Translations under genes and position numbers: made by a program
Notes under the pieces: model-generated
Databases searched by the model: none
What the model saw: the letters and a program-made list of their open reading frames with translations, nothing else
What the model was told of the DNA's origin: nothing
Shown: positions 1 to 11,970 of the stretch, in pieces
Layout of the letters: each line of letters begins with the position of its first letter
How positions within the stretch are numbered: the first letter of the stretch is position 1
Source of the DNA: Lama glama
Lineage: Eukaryota
Length of the DNA: 64,000 nucleotides
Direction of reading: 5' to 3'
Assembly (NCBI GenBank): GCA_028534125.1
Contig: CM052817.1
Span: forward strand, 27,716,001 to 27,780,000

Positions 1-59
1 TTTCAGATAGAAATAATTATGATGGAAAAAATGGAGTGGAAATGTTACTTTTGATAGAG

Positions 60-400
60 TGATTGAGAAGACCTCTCTGACGTGGAACAATTGAGCTGAG
101 AGGTTGTTTGTGAAAAAGAGCAGTGGTTGACAAGAGCAGTCCGGGCCGAGGGACAACAGGCGTAGAAGCCATAAGGTGGGAACAAGCTTGATGTTCTCAG
201 GGAGCTGAAGGACGGGCGGGCAGTCGGAGAGTCCTGGCAAGAGGCAGAGTGAGGAGATGAGGCCGGAGAGGCAGGCGGGGCCCTGGCTGGGCAGGGCCTT
301 GTCCATCTGGGGAAACGTTTGAGCTTCATCCTAAAAGCAGTGGGAAGCTTGGAGGCAGTTAAGCTGGTGAGTGACATGACCAGATTTATGTTCTTAAAAG
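60..400 (-). mobile_element. L2 LINE fragment
   Basis: Purine-rich reverse-complement L2 pattern (gagatgaggccggagaggcagg...gtgacatgaccagatttatgt). Confidence 0.75.
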
Positions 401-749
401 AAAATTTTCACAAAAGGTAAAATCATGATTCCCATACATAAAAATGAACAGATGTTAAAGATTTTATTTAATTTGCTCAGTGTCAGATGACAATTTGGCG
501 TGGGATAACGGAATATTGAATTGAATGTGTAAATGGTTTTTTCGTGTGTAAGCTGGTTTTCCCGTGGCAGGTGTGTGTGAGAGCGGGAAGGAAACCTCTA
601 CCAGGCAGGATGGTTTGCACATCTATCTGTTCAGATAATCGAGGAGGGTGTGCTGTATGTAGACAAGGCATAGTTTTCCAGTGAAACACAATTTCTTTCC
701 TACAGTGCTTTAAAAAAAAACTTTTTATTTTGAATGAGTTACAGGTTCT

Positions 750-1155
750 AAACTTATTATTTTGAAATACGGACTTGTAGGAAGTTGCAAAGATCGTGCA
801 GAGAGGTCCCAGGTACCCTTCACCCATTTCCTCCCATGGGCACATTTCATGTAACTATAGTTATGTAAGTGGAATCATGCAATATGTGGTCTTTTGAGGT
901 TTTTCCACTTAAACTTAATGCCCTTGAAATCCATCCATGTTGTTGTATCAATAGTTTGGTCCTTTTCATTGTTGAGTAGTATTCCACAGTGGATATCCCA
1001 CTGTTCAACCATTCACATGTTGTAGAACATTTTGGTTGCTTCAAGTTTGGGACTATTGCAAAAAAGGTGCTCTGAATAGCCAGGGACAGGTTTTTGTGTG
1101 GATGTAAGTTTTATTTCTCTGGGAGTAAATGTCCAGGAGTCTATTCCTGGGTCCT
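750..1155 (-). mobile_element. Old L1 (L1MB/L1MC-like) 3' region
   Basis: gtggaatcatgcaatatgtggtcttttg...atccatccatgttgttg...ctgggagtaaatgtccaggagt, typical antisense L1 3' sequence. Confidence 0.8.
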
Positions 1156-1690
1156 TCTGTAATATTTTACAAGATTCATTCTGCTTGGTGGACAATAGAC
1201 TGCAGAGGTTCAGACTAGCAGCAGGGAGATTGTTTTTAAACAGTGTCCGAGTAACCCTTTCCCAATACAGTCGTGTCTCTCTGCTGCCCTCCATTGTCTT
1301 CCTCTTCATTAGAGTACAATTCAAAGCCATGTAGTTGCCTACTTAAGGCCCCTCGGAATCTACAATTACCCCTTGCCTCTGGGACCTCATTCCTTCCGTT
1401 CCCTTCCTCACTCCACTCCTGCCTCGTTGGCCCTGAACAGGCCCCAAATGTCCTGCCTCAGGATTCTTACTCTCAAGTTTCCTTCTACTTAAAATGTTCT
1501 TTCTGCAGATGCCTACATTACTCCCTACCTTATCTCTTCCCAGTCTTTGCTCTAGTATTGCTCTTTCAGTGAGGCCTTCACTAATCACCCTATTTACAAT
1601 TGCAACCCAGCCTCCCCTCCCCCATACTCCTTATCTCCCTTTCTATCCAGCGCCTATCACCGTCTGCCATGCTATATACTGTACATTGTA

Positions 1691-2104
1691 CAGTCAGCCC
1701 TCCAGATCCTTGGGTTCCGCATTTGCAATTTTAACCAACCAAGGATTGAATTTTGAAATTCGATCTTCTGATATCAAGGGCTGACTGTATTATGCCATTC
1801 TGTGTAGTGACTTAAGCAGCCATTTTATGTAGGGTCCTGAGCAGCCGTTTTGTATAGGGTCTTGAACAGCCATTCTGTGTGGGGGCACTTGAGCAGCCAT
1901 TTTGTGTAAGGTCCTGAGCAGCCATTTTGTGTGAGGGTCCTGAGTAGCCATGTTGTGGAGGGTCTTGAGCAGCCATTTTCTGTGGGAGTCTTGAGCAGCC
2001 ATTTTGTGTGGGGGTCTTGAGCAGCCATTTTGTGTAGGGGTCTGGAGAATCGGAGGATCTTGGTATCCACAAGAGGTCCTGGAACCAATGCTGAGGAGTG
2101 ACTG
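1691..2104 (+). mobile_element. Tigger3-like TcMar MITE carrying an internal minisatellite
   Basis: ta|cagtcagccctcc...gggttccgcat start; ggtatccac...ggtcctggaaccaat...gactg end; similar to the copy at 33585-33923. Confidence 0.8.
1794..2049. repeat. Minisatellite, 10 copies of a 25-27 bp unit (consensus ~gccattttgtgtagggtcttgagca)
   Basis: Units counted directly; explains the repetitive ORFs at 1790-2323. Confidence 0.95.
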
Positions 2105-2451
2105 CACATATTTATTGTGTTTCCTGTAATTAGAAACTCCTTGAGGACAGGGACTTTTGTCTATCCTGCACCTTGAGTTTGTAGCATCTGAAATGGCACC
2201 TTGCTCAGAGTAGAGGCTCAATGAACATTTGTTGGATGAATGAATGACTTTTGGAGCCTCTGGTGTAGCAAAAATGAGAGCTGAGACTGCCTGGACCAGT
2301 GTGGCATAGTTTTGATGGAGCAAGGTAGATAAATGCAGAATATATTCAGGCAGGTTTTCAGGACTTTTTGAAATAGATTCAGCCTTTTAAACAGTAGAAA
2401 AGGACAGTCATCTTTGATCTAATTACTATTTTTCTCACTAATAGGATTCTA

Positions 2452-2780
2452 TATTCATTAGGACTCTTTCAGTACCAAGTGACAGAAACCCAATGCAAAT
2501 GGATTAAATAAAGATGTTTATGGCTCACAAGGCCCTGAAAACTGGAGGTATATCTGGTATAGTGCAGGGATGAGAGCTCATATGGTGTTATTAGGAACCT
2601 ACCTCTCTCCATTTCTCGCCTGCAGTTTTTTTGTGTATTGATTCATTCTCTGGCAGCCTCTTGCTTTGTGGTGTTCATCTGACCACGAGCAGTTGTCACC
2701 TGTGTGAAAAGAGAGCACCTCTTTCCCTTCAGCTCCAAGACAATACCAGCATTGACTATTATTGTCTAATTGGGTCATGA
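2452..2780 (-). mobile_element. Old MaLR LTR (MLT1J/K/L-like)
   Basis: ttaggactctttcagtaccaagtgacagaaaccca resembles the reverse-complemented MLT1 3' end. Confidence 0.65.
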
Positions 2781-3900
2781 TAATGGATTCGTTTATTTGT
2801 TTGTTGGTCCTTCCAATGTTATGATGTTGGGACTATTTCCCTTAAAGTGAAGAGAACTAGAGAACAAGGAATTGAAGAAATTTCCCCAAAGTCACAAAAC
2901 AAATCACTGAAGAGTTTAACTCAAGTCAAGATTCTATTTGATCAAAGCAGCAAATATAACTTGTCAAGCTTAGTAAATTTAATCTTTTAGTCTCTATTTT
3001 TCACTTCCCTTCAATTTCTAAAAGAGCATTCCTCCCAAGGAGCTGAAAGCACCCTGGAGAGAAGTATGAACTTGAGAAATATATGAGAATAAAGTTGGGC
3101 ATTAAAGCCAGGAGGGAAGAAAAAAGGAACAAGTCATTAAGAGAAAGTTGATGAGATGTAGTTATGTTAAGTTGAACTGTGGTGTTTTCGTTTCCAGGTA
3201 GAGTTTTCAGTCTCCACCATCAAGATCAATTTCCATTCTGCCCTCTCTTAATTTCTTTATATGAGTACTGTATTGCAACAGGAAACCATCAGTTCCTAAC
3301 GGTAATTAGTGTTTAAGCCAGCGTTTTATTCCATGGTGCCACAAGAGGACCAGCTTCCATGGAGAAGGTTCGAAATGAGCCAGTGAAATACAATCTTTAA
3401 TACTGGCAACTTAAGGTTTTGCAACATCACGTATTGTACACTTTACAGGAATTTTTACAAATTAATTCATGCCATATGTCACCAACCAAAAAAGCAACTG
3501 GATTTGACTGTTGTCTTGGTTGCCTGGTGTATTTCATGATTTACTAACAAAATTCTCTAAGTACTTACTTTTGAAAACCAATAGAAATATGTTTCTACTG
3601 AACAAAAATGTAATAACTTTATTGCTGACTTCTGTGATGTCCAAGCAGCTAGGCTTTTTGTGTCAGTTTTCTAGACTAGGAAAGAGGAATGTTTTGTTTT
3701 GTTTTGTTTTGTTTTTTGTCCTCTTCTTTTGTCTTCAAAAAGCAGCCGGTAATAAACTTCATGTGTCACGTGAGTATCAGCAAGAATCCTTTACTTATTG
3801 TTTTCAGGTTAGTCAAACTTCTGAGTCTTTCCCCTGCCCCTGCAGGCAGCTTCAAAGGTGAGCGATTACAGAATCATAGGCTTTGCTTTTCTGTAAGGGA

Positions 3901-4240
3901 TATATTAGTTTCCTAGGACTTCATACCAGGGTACTGCAAACTAGGGGCTTAAACCACAGAAATTCATTGTCTCATAGTTCTGGAGGCTAAAAGTCCAGGA
4001 TCAAGGTGTCAGCTGGACTGGTTTCCTTCTGAAGAGCTGTGAGGAAGGCTCTGTCCCATGATTCTCCCCTAGCTGGCGGCTGGCTTGCTAGCAGTCTCTG
4101 GCGTTCCTTGGTTTGCAGAAGCATCGCCCCCATCTCTGCCTTCATCGTCCCATGGCCTTCTCCCTGTGTGCCTGTCTGTGCCCAAATTTCTGTTTGTGGT
4201 ACTCTCTGACTGCAGCTCTACCGAACTAATACATTTGCCA
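3901..4240 (-). mobile_element. MaLR LTR (MLT1C-like)
   Basis: tattagtttcctagg...tctcatagttctggaggctaaaagtccaggatcaaggtgtcagc. Confidence 0.85.
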
Positions 4241-4624
4241 TATAGGTGGATTATATGATAATCTCTAGTAACCAAATGACAGAAAGGTCAAATGTTTGAT
4301 TTTTTTTTCAAAACAAGTCTACCAGAACTTGTCTGACTTAATATACATCAACAGAAGGCTTAATTGCACACAGCCAACATGCACACTTGGGCACAAACAA
4401 TGGTTTCCTGCCAGGCTACAGATCACAAGGCCAATGTGAAAGTGATGTTAAGAACAGAGACCTTTACAGTATGCTGTAATGAATTCAAGCACATCCCAGG
4501 AAATGCTGAAGGAGAGTAACACAGGGAAAATACCTCTATGCCTTCTCCACTCCCAAAGGCATGGTCAGAGAACAAGTTGAATCAAACATAAAAAATTATT
4601 AAAAGCACATATAAATGTATTTTT

Positions 4625-4802
4625 AGTCAGCCAATCTTAACCTTGGCTGACTTAACCTTGGTTGGGAGAATTTTGAAAAATACAGTTGCCCAGATCTTTC
4701 CTTAGACCCGTTAAAAAGAGTCTCTGGGATGGGACTTTTGCTTTGTTGGTTTAAGAAACTCTTCGTATGGTTTGAATATACAGCTATCTTGAGACCCACT
4801 GA
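4625..4802. mobile_element. MER5-like hAT-Charlie MITE, degenerate
   Basis: ttttgaaaaatacagttgccc...gagtctctgggatggg...ttgagacccactg. Confidence 0.55.
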
Positions 4803-5177
4803 TTGAAGCAATGGCAATGTTACTAGAATGAAACACATCATGGCATCAAGGTAACCACATGGAAGATCAGTACACACTGGGATGCCTGAGCATTCTGCTG
4901 TTAATGAGCAAGCAGGATATCTCCCTGTCTCCCAAAAGACGACAAAGTTTCTCCCATTAGAGGGCACTCACATAAGCCTGGAGTCCGGGGTAAGTGGGTG
5001 TTAAAAAAAAAAAAGGAAAGAAATGGATTGAATGCAGAAGATGATTGAGACTAGCAAGATAACAGGTTTATTGGGTGCAGAAGAAACTCAGTCCTTTGTA
5101 AGAGGGGAAAATACATTCAACTCAGACAGTCACGACCTCTGTGAGAGGTCAAGACAGTGATTTAAACTTTTAGTCTT

Positions 5178-5605
5178 TTATATTATGACTCTTTTGGTGC
5201 AAGAGACAGAAATCCAACTCGGGCCAGATTAAGCACAAAGGGAAATTTATTGGTTTCTTCAACTCAGAAGGATGCTACGATATCTCCCAGGAAGGGTGAC
5301 AGGATTGCAGGAATTAGTCTTTGAGATTAGGAAAAGGGGCTCACTGATACCAGAATTTTCTCTCTCTCCATCTAACTCTCATCTCTCCATGTTGCATGAT
5401 AGATGGTCTCCCATAGACACAAAGTGTCATCTTCCCAGCTTAAAATCCACAACAGAAAGGCAGCTGTCACATGCCATCTTTGGACCAATCTTCAGTGCTT
5501 GAGACAGAGGGTTCTGTTACGGGCTAGTCCTTGGTCCTGCACATGGGGGACTGCTTCCCGGAAGAAGGGATGCTGACTAGGCAAAAGCAACTGTTCTCTA
5601 CTGCA
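5178..5605 (-). mobile_element. Old MaLR LTR (MLT1J/K/L-like)
   Basis: gactcttttggtgcaagagacagaaatccaactc...aagggaaatttattgg. Confidence 0.7.
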
Positions 5606-6003
5606 TCTTTGAGAGGGAATTAATAGCTACTCTTTCAACCTTTAAAAAGCCATTTTTGTGGATAAGAATGCTCCTTAAATCAAGGAAAAAGCCTTCTTTG
5701 TAAATGTAAGGGAAAAATGAAATGACAAAGGAAGACAATCTTGAATGTCAAAAGTGAGAGTCAAATGGTTTCATGCTTAGCTACCTCTCCTTTCTAGTTG
5801 GTGAAATTTAGGAGGATTGATCTGGACTTGTTTGTTCACGGACAGATACACCTGTGCAAACAATGACTTGACTTGCTCTCGACACACTCTGCTCTGTAAA
5901 GCAGGTAATGCATTTTCTGTAATATGCGTGACAACACTGTTACTTAGGTTATTTTACCTTTAGTGAAAAAGTGTAGCGGCTTTGTTTTGTTTTTCTCTCC
6001 CAG

Positions 6004-6048
6004 TGGGACTCCTAGCTTTCCAAGAAAGGTCATCCATGAATTCAGATG
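6004..6048 (+). other. Candidate 45-nt internal exon, host gene unidentified
   Basis: Acceptor tttgttttgtttttctctcccag, donor atg|gtaaga, length a multiple of 3; two open frames (xGLLAFQERSSMNSD, GTPSFPRKVIHEFR). Confidence 0.4.
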
Positions 6049-6324
6049 GTAAGAACAGACCTATGGGTGTGACCTCCCACCTTGGGGAGTCCTCCTGAAC
6101 CTGGGGGGCATGTGTTTACTGCCTGTTGAAACTATCATAGGTGTTTCAGATTTCCAAGAACACAGATGTGGTTTCAAGAATATAGATTTATTTTACTATG
6201 GAGTAAAGTTGAAAGAGATCCTGTTTTTTCCTTTAGACACTTGTAAGCTGCTCCTTGTCCCAGGTGTCTCATTTTTGCCAGTAGAAGGGTGGCACGAGGT
6301 TATTCTGAATAAAAGTCTGGGCGG

Positions 6325-6595
6325 TACAGTGTGGGGACAGAAGTTAGACTGTGAGCTCGGGAACCAGTCGCTTGGGTTTCTGTTAGCGCTTCCTCTTACC
6401 AGCCATGTGTCCTTGCACCAGTTACTTAACCCTCAGTGCCTCAGTTTGCCCATCTATAAAACGGGAATAATAATAGTGCCCACGTGGCAGCATTGTTCCA
6501 AGGATGGACAGAATCAGTACGAGGCACATAAACAGAGCCTGGCACACAGAAGGCACTCAGGAGAGATTAGCTCTTCGCATGGTCTTCATCATCAT
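6325..6595 (+). mobile_element. MIR SINE
   Basis: MIR core gttacttaaccctcagtgcctcagtttgcccatctataaaacgggaataataatag. Confidence 0.9.
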
Positions 6596-8124
6596 TAGAT
6601 ACAGTCAAGTGAAGTCTTTGGGTGTATCTTAATCCCGGAGGAACAACTGCCCAGAAGAGGGATCTGGGAAGCTTATGCTCCTCTGCTGGCCTCTTCCTAA
6701 GCTGTGTAAAGTGCACACATTATGGACCCAGCATCCCTGGACCCAAACTTAGGCTCTACCACTTAGAACTCTGAGATAAGGGCAGGTTGTGTGACCGTGG
6801 GCAGGGTAGGCACCGTCTGAGTCCTGTGGTCCTCAGTTGTGAAGCTGTGATGATCACACTATACTCCTCCTCCGCTGGGCGGGCAGGTCAAGGACGGCGT
6901 TTGCCAGCTGCCCCCGGCCTGGGGCCAGCAGGTGAGCGGCCAGCGGCTTGGAAGCCCTCCGTTCTCTCCTTTCCCCTCAGTGCTGAGGTTTCAGTAAATG
7001 GAAGACGCCCTGCAGTGCGCTGTGACTTGTTTTTAACAGTCTCCCGATTTGTTCCTGTCTTGCTCTCAAGTTTTTGCTATTCTGGATTTCAGAAAATAGT
7101 TCAGTTGCCAAAATTGGTTGAATGAGCTACTTTTAAAATTAGTCAAGTGATATGAAGTATTGCTTTGCAGAGTGGTTTTAGTAATTTCCCTTCACAGAAC
7201 TATCCTCTGAGACAGTGTTCTGACAAAAGGGGAGGACTTACAAAATTCACATCATGAGAACGCCTCTTACCATCCACACCCAGGAAAATTCGTGGCATAG
7301 AAATTTCTTCCCTTCCTAAACCACAGCGTCACGACAAATCAAGATGTGGATCATCACCAAATAACCTTATGTGGAGGAATACAAAGCTAGACATTTAAAA
7401 CTTATTATTCACTTCAACAGTGAGGTCCTTTCTGGGCTACCAGTTGAGTCCTATCTGGATGGCCTCGGGTTTTAACCTTAGCTGTTTAATTTAAACTCAG
7501 TTCAGTAGCTCATGTTTATGGATAAATGAGCAAAACAGTAAAGATCAAAAGCAAAAAATAAAATTACTGTGGAATTCAATATTTCAGAAGCCAGAGCCGG
7601 GTAAATGTTAGTGAAGTGTGGCGTTCAGAACGAAAGGCCCGTGCTTATGATAATATGCCTAACGAGGAAATGAGATTGACACAGCAACTCTCTGTTTTTG
7701 CTGTCCCCGGAGGTTAGAGATTATGCAGTGCATGTTTCTGTTTTTAGCTTCTTTGGTGATTCCTATGGTGAGAGACGACACTCTGCATATTTGTCAGGGT
7801 TGCACTCCTGGGAGGTGCTGGGTCTTTGAGGCAGCGCAGGAAACACTGTTCTCTTCGGGGCCTTGAATTCCATCCCTCCCTGGCCTAGTCATCCCGCGAC
7901 GCCCAGGGCCCCCTCCCCAGGGCTGATTTCTTTATTTATGCTCAGTTGCCAGGGAATTCCACAGAGGAAACATAAGTCTATCTTAACAGCAGTTGTTGCT
8001 GTGAGAAATGTTGAAATGGGTGTCTGAATGACAAAACGTTTACATTCTTTATTTGATGTCTCATTGTAATCCTGAGGCCTTTTAACTCCCATTGAAGGTA
8101 GACTTAGAAGAGGAAACTGTGGAA

Positions 8125-8195
8125 GACCAGCATGGATTTGAGTGAAGAATAAACTAATTAAGCTCCTTTCGTGACAGAGAAATGTGGGTTTGGAT
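8125..8195 (+). mobile_element. L3/CR1 reverse transcriptase remnant
   Basis: cagcatggattt (QHGF)...aaactaattaagctcctttcgtgacaga (~TNLISFxDR). Confidence 0.5.
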
Positions 8196-8519
8196 CCAGT
8201 GCCTCTTTGAAAATAGTTATGGTAGCTGAATCCTTGGGTCGAAGTATCTTCCATAAACCCAGCCCAGGCCAGCTGGAGGAGCGGAGGGCTGCACGTACTG
8301 ACGTATCGGGACGGTTACAGGGGTAATGGATTGGCTACAGCAGTCAAGACTGTAGTGACTGGAACCAAGGAGTTGCTGCTGGGCGGACTCCTTCCTCCCT
8401 ATCCACTCCTCGTCCCTGCTTGTCTTGGCTTCTCTTTCAGAGTCATCCTTACTCTCTCCTACTGAAGATCCATCTGTCCCCATGTCAGAGCACACAGCCG
8501 CCCTCAGCCTCAGCTTGGC

Positions 8520-9150
8520 ATCCAGGCAAAGAGAGCTCCTTTGGTCCAGTGCTTGTATGTGAATCCAGGCAAGGAAGCAGATTCACTCTACTTTGGGACA
8601 TATGCCTGCCCCTTGGACCAGCCAATCTCTGTGGATGGTTATTATGATTGGTTGACCTGGGTCTAATGCTTACTGCTGTAGCCAGGGGCAGAAGGCATGT
8701 TCCCAGGAGAAGAGGGGTGCAATAGTTGTCCCTGGAGTCCAGGACAGTCCATCCCTTGGCTGTCTGCCATACGCACGTATCATACAGTTGTAAAAATGCA
8801 TTCATTTATTGTAATTGCCCCGTGCTCAACCCAAACACACTCACATACTCCCCCTGAAAGAAACAGCCTACCATCACATCCAGTTATTACATCTGTCTCC
8901 AAGGGTAGCATTTCTGGGCAATGACATTCCCTCTAGGTCCAGTTCAAGTGTCGCTCTTTATGGTCTGGCAACCTGTGACTAACCATCTCCAAAATATCCA
9001 GTATCTAACAATGGAGGTGAAAGAATATACATGCAGTAAAAACTCTTAGTTAGAAAAAAGAGAAAATAGCAAAACGCAGCAATCACTGCTCCTTGCCTTT
9101 TCCATATCATGCTAGGTAGAGATAGCAAGCAGTCCTTTCCCTAGCAATGA
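8520..9150 (-). mobile_element. Old MLT1 LTR plus adjacent MaLR internal sequence
   Basis: ccaatctctgtgg...tatgattggttgacctgggtc LTR-like segment followed by MLT1-int-like sequence. Confidence 0.45.
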
Positions 9151-9450
9151 AACCCCTGCAAAGATCCAGTCGCTTGAACTGAAGTAATTGTACTGGTAAG
9201 CTTATAATCAAATGATAGGATGGGTATGGCACATTAACTTCAGGAGACAGAGAAGACATACTCGATCCCCAACATCCATGCCATCTTCAAACCAGTCTGT
9301 TTATGCTTGGGATGATGTGCTGGTCATATATTCCAAAACCCAAACCAGGCTTTCTGACCAGTGAGTCAGGATTCAGCAGACAAAACATTAGCTTATCAGG
9401 GACTTTCTTTTTCATGTGAACTATTTGTACTGGGGCTTTTCTACAGTATA

Positions 9451-10248
9451 TTTTTTTAGTGAAGTATAGTTGATTTACAATGTTGTGTTAGGTTCAGGTG
9501 CCTGGCAAAGTGATTCAGTTACATAGACATAGACATAGACATAGACACAGACACAGACACACACACAGACACACACACAGACACACACACACACACATGC
9601 ACATTCTTCTCAGATTCTTTTCCATTATAAGTTATTACAAGCTACTGAATATAGTTCCCTGTGCTATATAGTAGATCCTTGTCGTTTGTATATTTTATAT
9701 ATAGTCGTTTGTATATGTTAATCCCAAACTCCTAATTTATCCCTCCTCACAACCCCTTTCTCCTTTGGTAACTATAGTTTGTTTTTCTATGTCTGTCAGT
9801 CTGTTTCTGGTTTGTAAATAAGTTCATTTGTATCATTTTTTTTTAGACTCCACATGTAAGTGATATCATATGATATTTGTCTTTCTCTGTTTGACTTAAT
9901 TTACTTGATAATCTCTAGGTCCATCCATGTTGCTGCAAATGACATTATTTCATTATTTTTAATGTCTGAGTAGTATTTCATTGTATAAATATACCACAAC
10001 TTCTTTGTCCAATCATCTGTTCATGGACATTTAGGTTGCTTCCATGCCTTGACTATTGTATATAGTGCTGCTGTGAACATTGGGGAGCATGTATCTTTTC
10101 GAGTTAGAGTTTTCTCTGGATATATGCCCAGGAGTGGGATTGCTGGATCAGATGGAAAGTCTATTTTTAGTTTTTTAAGGAACCTCCGTACTGTCCTCCA
10201 TAGTGGCTACACCAATTTACATTCCCACCAACAGCGTAGGAGGGGACC
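9451..10248 (-). mobile_element. 5'-truncated, relatively young L1 with target-site duplication
   Basis: T-tract then gaagtatagttgatttacaatgttgtg...; near-identical flanks tttctacagtata (9438-9450) and tttctacaatata (10249-10261). Confidence 0.92.
9521..9600. repeat. Compound microsatellite (acatag)n-(acacag)n-(ac)n inside the L1 3'UTR
   Basis: Seen directly. Confidence 0.95.
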
Positions 10249-10264
10249 TTTCTACAATATATAG

Positions 10265-10500
10265 TACATACTTCTCTGCGTTTTAAAAAATATGAGCAAT
10301 CTGTGTTCATTGTGAAAACGAAAAAAATGCAGATGAACAACAAAAACCTCACCCCTAATACCACTATCCAGAGATAGTGACTGTAAACACTTGACTTACA
10401 TTCTTCTGGATGTTCTTTTCTATTATGTGCATGTGTGTCTGTGTGTATGCTTAGCAAAAGTGGAACCATGTCATGCAACTTGTCTAAAGCCTGCTTTTCT
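10265..10500 (-). mobile_element. Ancient L1ME-like 3' fragment
   Basis: tgttcattgtgaaaac...taataccactatccagagatagtgactgtaaacac. Confidence 0.55.
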
Positions 10501-11364
10501 CCTCTTGTCTTCCTGAAAGGTGATAGGATGACTCAGGGGAGAGGAGAAAGAATCAGCCTTTTTAAATGCCTGGGTATATGCACGTAGCTCACTGAATCAG
10601 GACTGTGAACCCAGGAACAGCAGAAAGAATAGTGGTCCCAGCCCAGGACTCAGCCGCTGTGCCCTGGCTGGACCCCATAGTCCCCTTCCTCGTCACTCCC
10701 GAGAGTTAGCTTCCCGTGGAGGAATCCCTCTCCTCCAGCCTTCCCTTCTCTTTCTTCTCCCTGTGACCCTGTGACTGACACCTCTGGCACTTTCTGTTTT
10801 CAGCTTTGTGGGAAGTTCTTCAGGGACATTTTAATGATTTGTGGGGCCAGTGGGGGACAGTATATGAAATCATGGCTGTCCTGGAATTTCTAGGACCAAA
10901 GGTTGCCATCAAACATCACAGTAAGTGCCTAGTTCCTGTAGATGGGGCATACTTCAGTCTGGGGCGGTAATCCCTTTCATCAAGACTGAATTTTAGGATT
11001 TGGGTCAGATGCAGTCTTTTTCTTTTTTCCTTTCTTCTCCCCTCAGGTTCCCCTTGGCCACTGTACCGCCAAACATCTGTCTGGACCAAAACTGAGTTCT
11101 GAGTATGGTCCAGAAGCTGTAGACGTGGACAGATGTATATATAACCTGACTTCCTGTGGAGAGGCAACTCTTTACTCCATCCTGTACCACCCTGTGCTTC
11201 TCTGTAGTATGTTTAAAATGACAGAGTGGCTGTTTCCTGCATTTTTACAAGATGGCCTCTCAGCCCAGTTTTGAAAATCTCAGTGGGAATACTGAAGTTG
11301 AGTTGGTGGCAGGTAGAAACTCTTCGGAAGTTTGTCTTCATCTTTTGGGAACTTCAGGTCCAAC

Positions 11365-11970
11365 ACATCCAGTGTGTGACCAGAGGGATGCTTTTTAAAG
11401 GGAAGTCAGGTCGTGTCACTGCTCTGCTCAGATCCACGGCGGTTTCCCCTCTCATTCAGGACAAAGCCCACACAGTGACACAATGCCTGCCCAGACCCTT
11501 ATCTGCTCCGCCTGTCCCCATATCTGTTCTCACCCTCCTGTGCTCACCCTACTCCATCCATGCCAGACTTGCTGTTTCTGGGGCATTTGAGAAGCTGCCC
11601 CATTTCAGCGCTGGCTGTACCCTTTGCCAGAACTCTTCCCTCCTACATCCACACAACTTGCTGCTTCAGCTTCTTTGAGTCTTTGATCAAATTCTCTGTT
11701 TGAGTAAGGAGGCCCTGAGTGAGGGAGCAGAACCTCACTTCTCAGTGAGACCGCCCCCACTGTGCCTCCCCATCCTCCCACTCACTGAACTTCTGCCTGC
11801 GGCCTCTCCAGACTTTATGACTACTTCTCTCTGCCTGCTTCCTTTGTCTGCTGTCTGCCTCCCATCACTGGAGTGGAAACTCCGTGGAGACAGAGGGTGT
11901 TGTACACTGCGGTATCCCCAGCACCCACAGCACTGCCAGGCTCAGAACATCTTTGTTGAATGAATGAATT
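11365..11970 (+). mobile_element. L2 3' region
   Basis: gtgaccagagggatgctttttaaa...gtcactgctctgctca; ends tttgttgaatgaatgaat. Confidence 0.85.

Larger units (their letters stand above)
1210..2246 (+). mobile_element. L2 3' region, interrupted by a Tigger element
   Basis: L2 pattern 1210-1680 resumes at ~2110 (ctccttgaggacagggac) and ends in the L2 tail gttggatgaatgaatga. Confidence 0.8.

Noticed and set aside
1794..2049. CRISPR-like repeat array
   Set aside because: Units are contiguous with no unique spacers, the context is mammalian and there are no cas genes.
1790..2323. 177-aa and overlapping repetitive ORFs (KMAAQD / KWLL / QNGCS repeats)
   Set aside because: Translation artefacts of the 25-27 bp minisatellite read in rotating frames.
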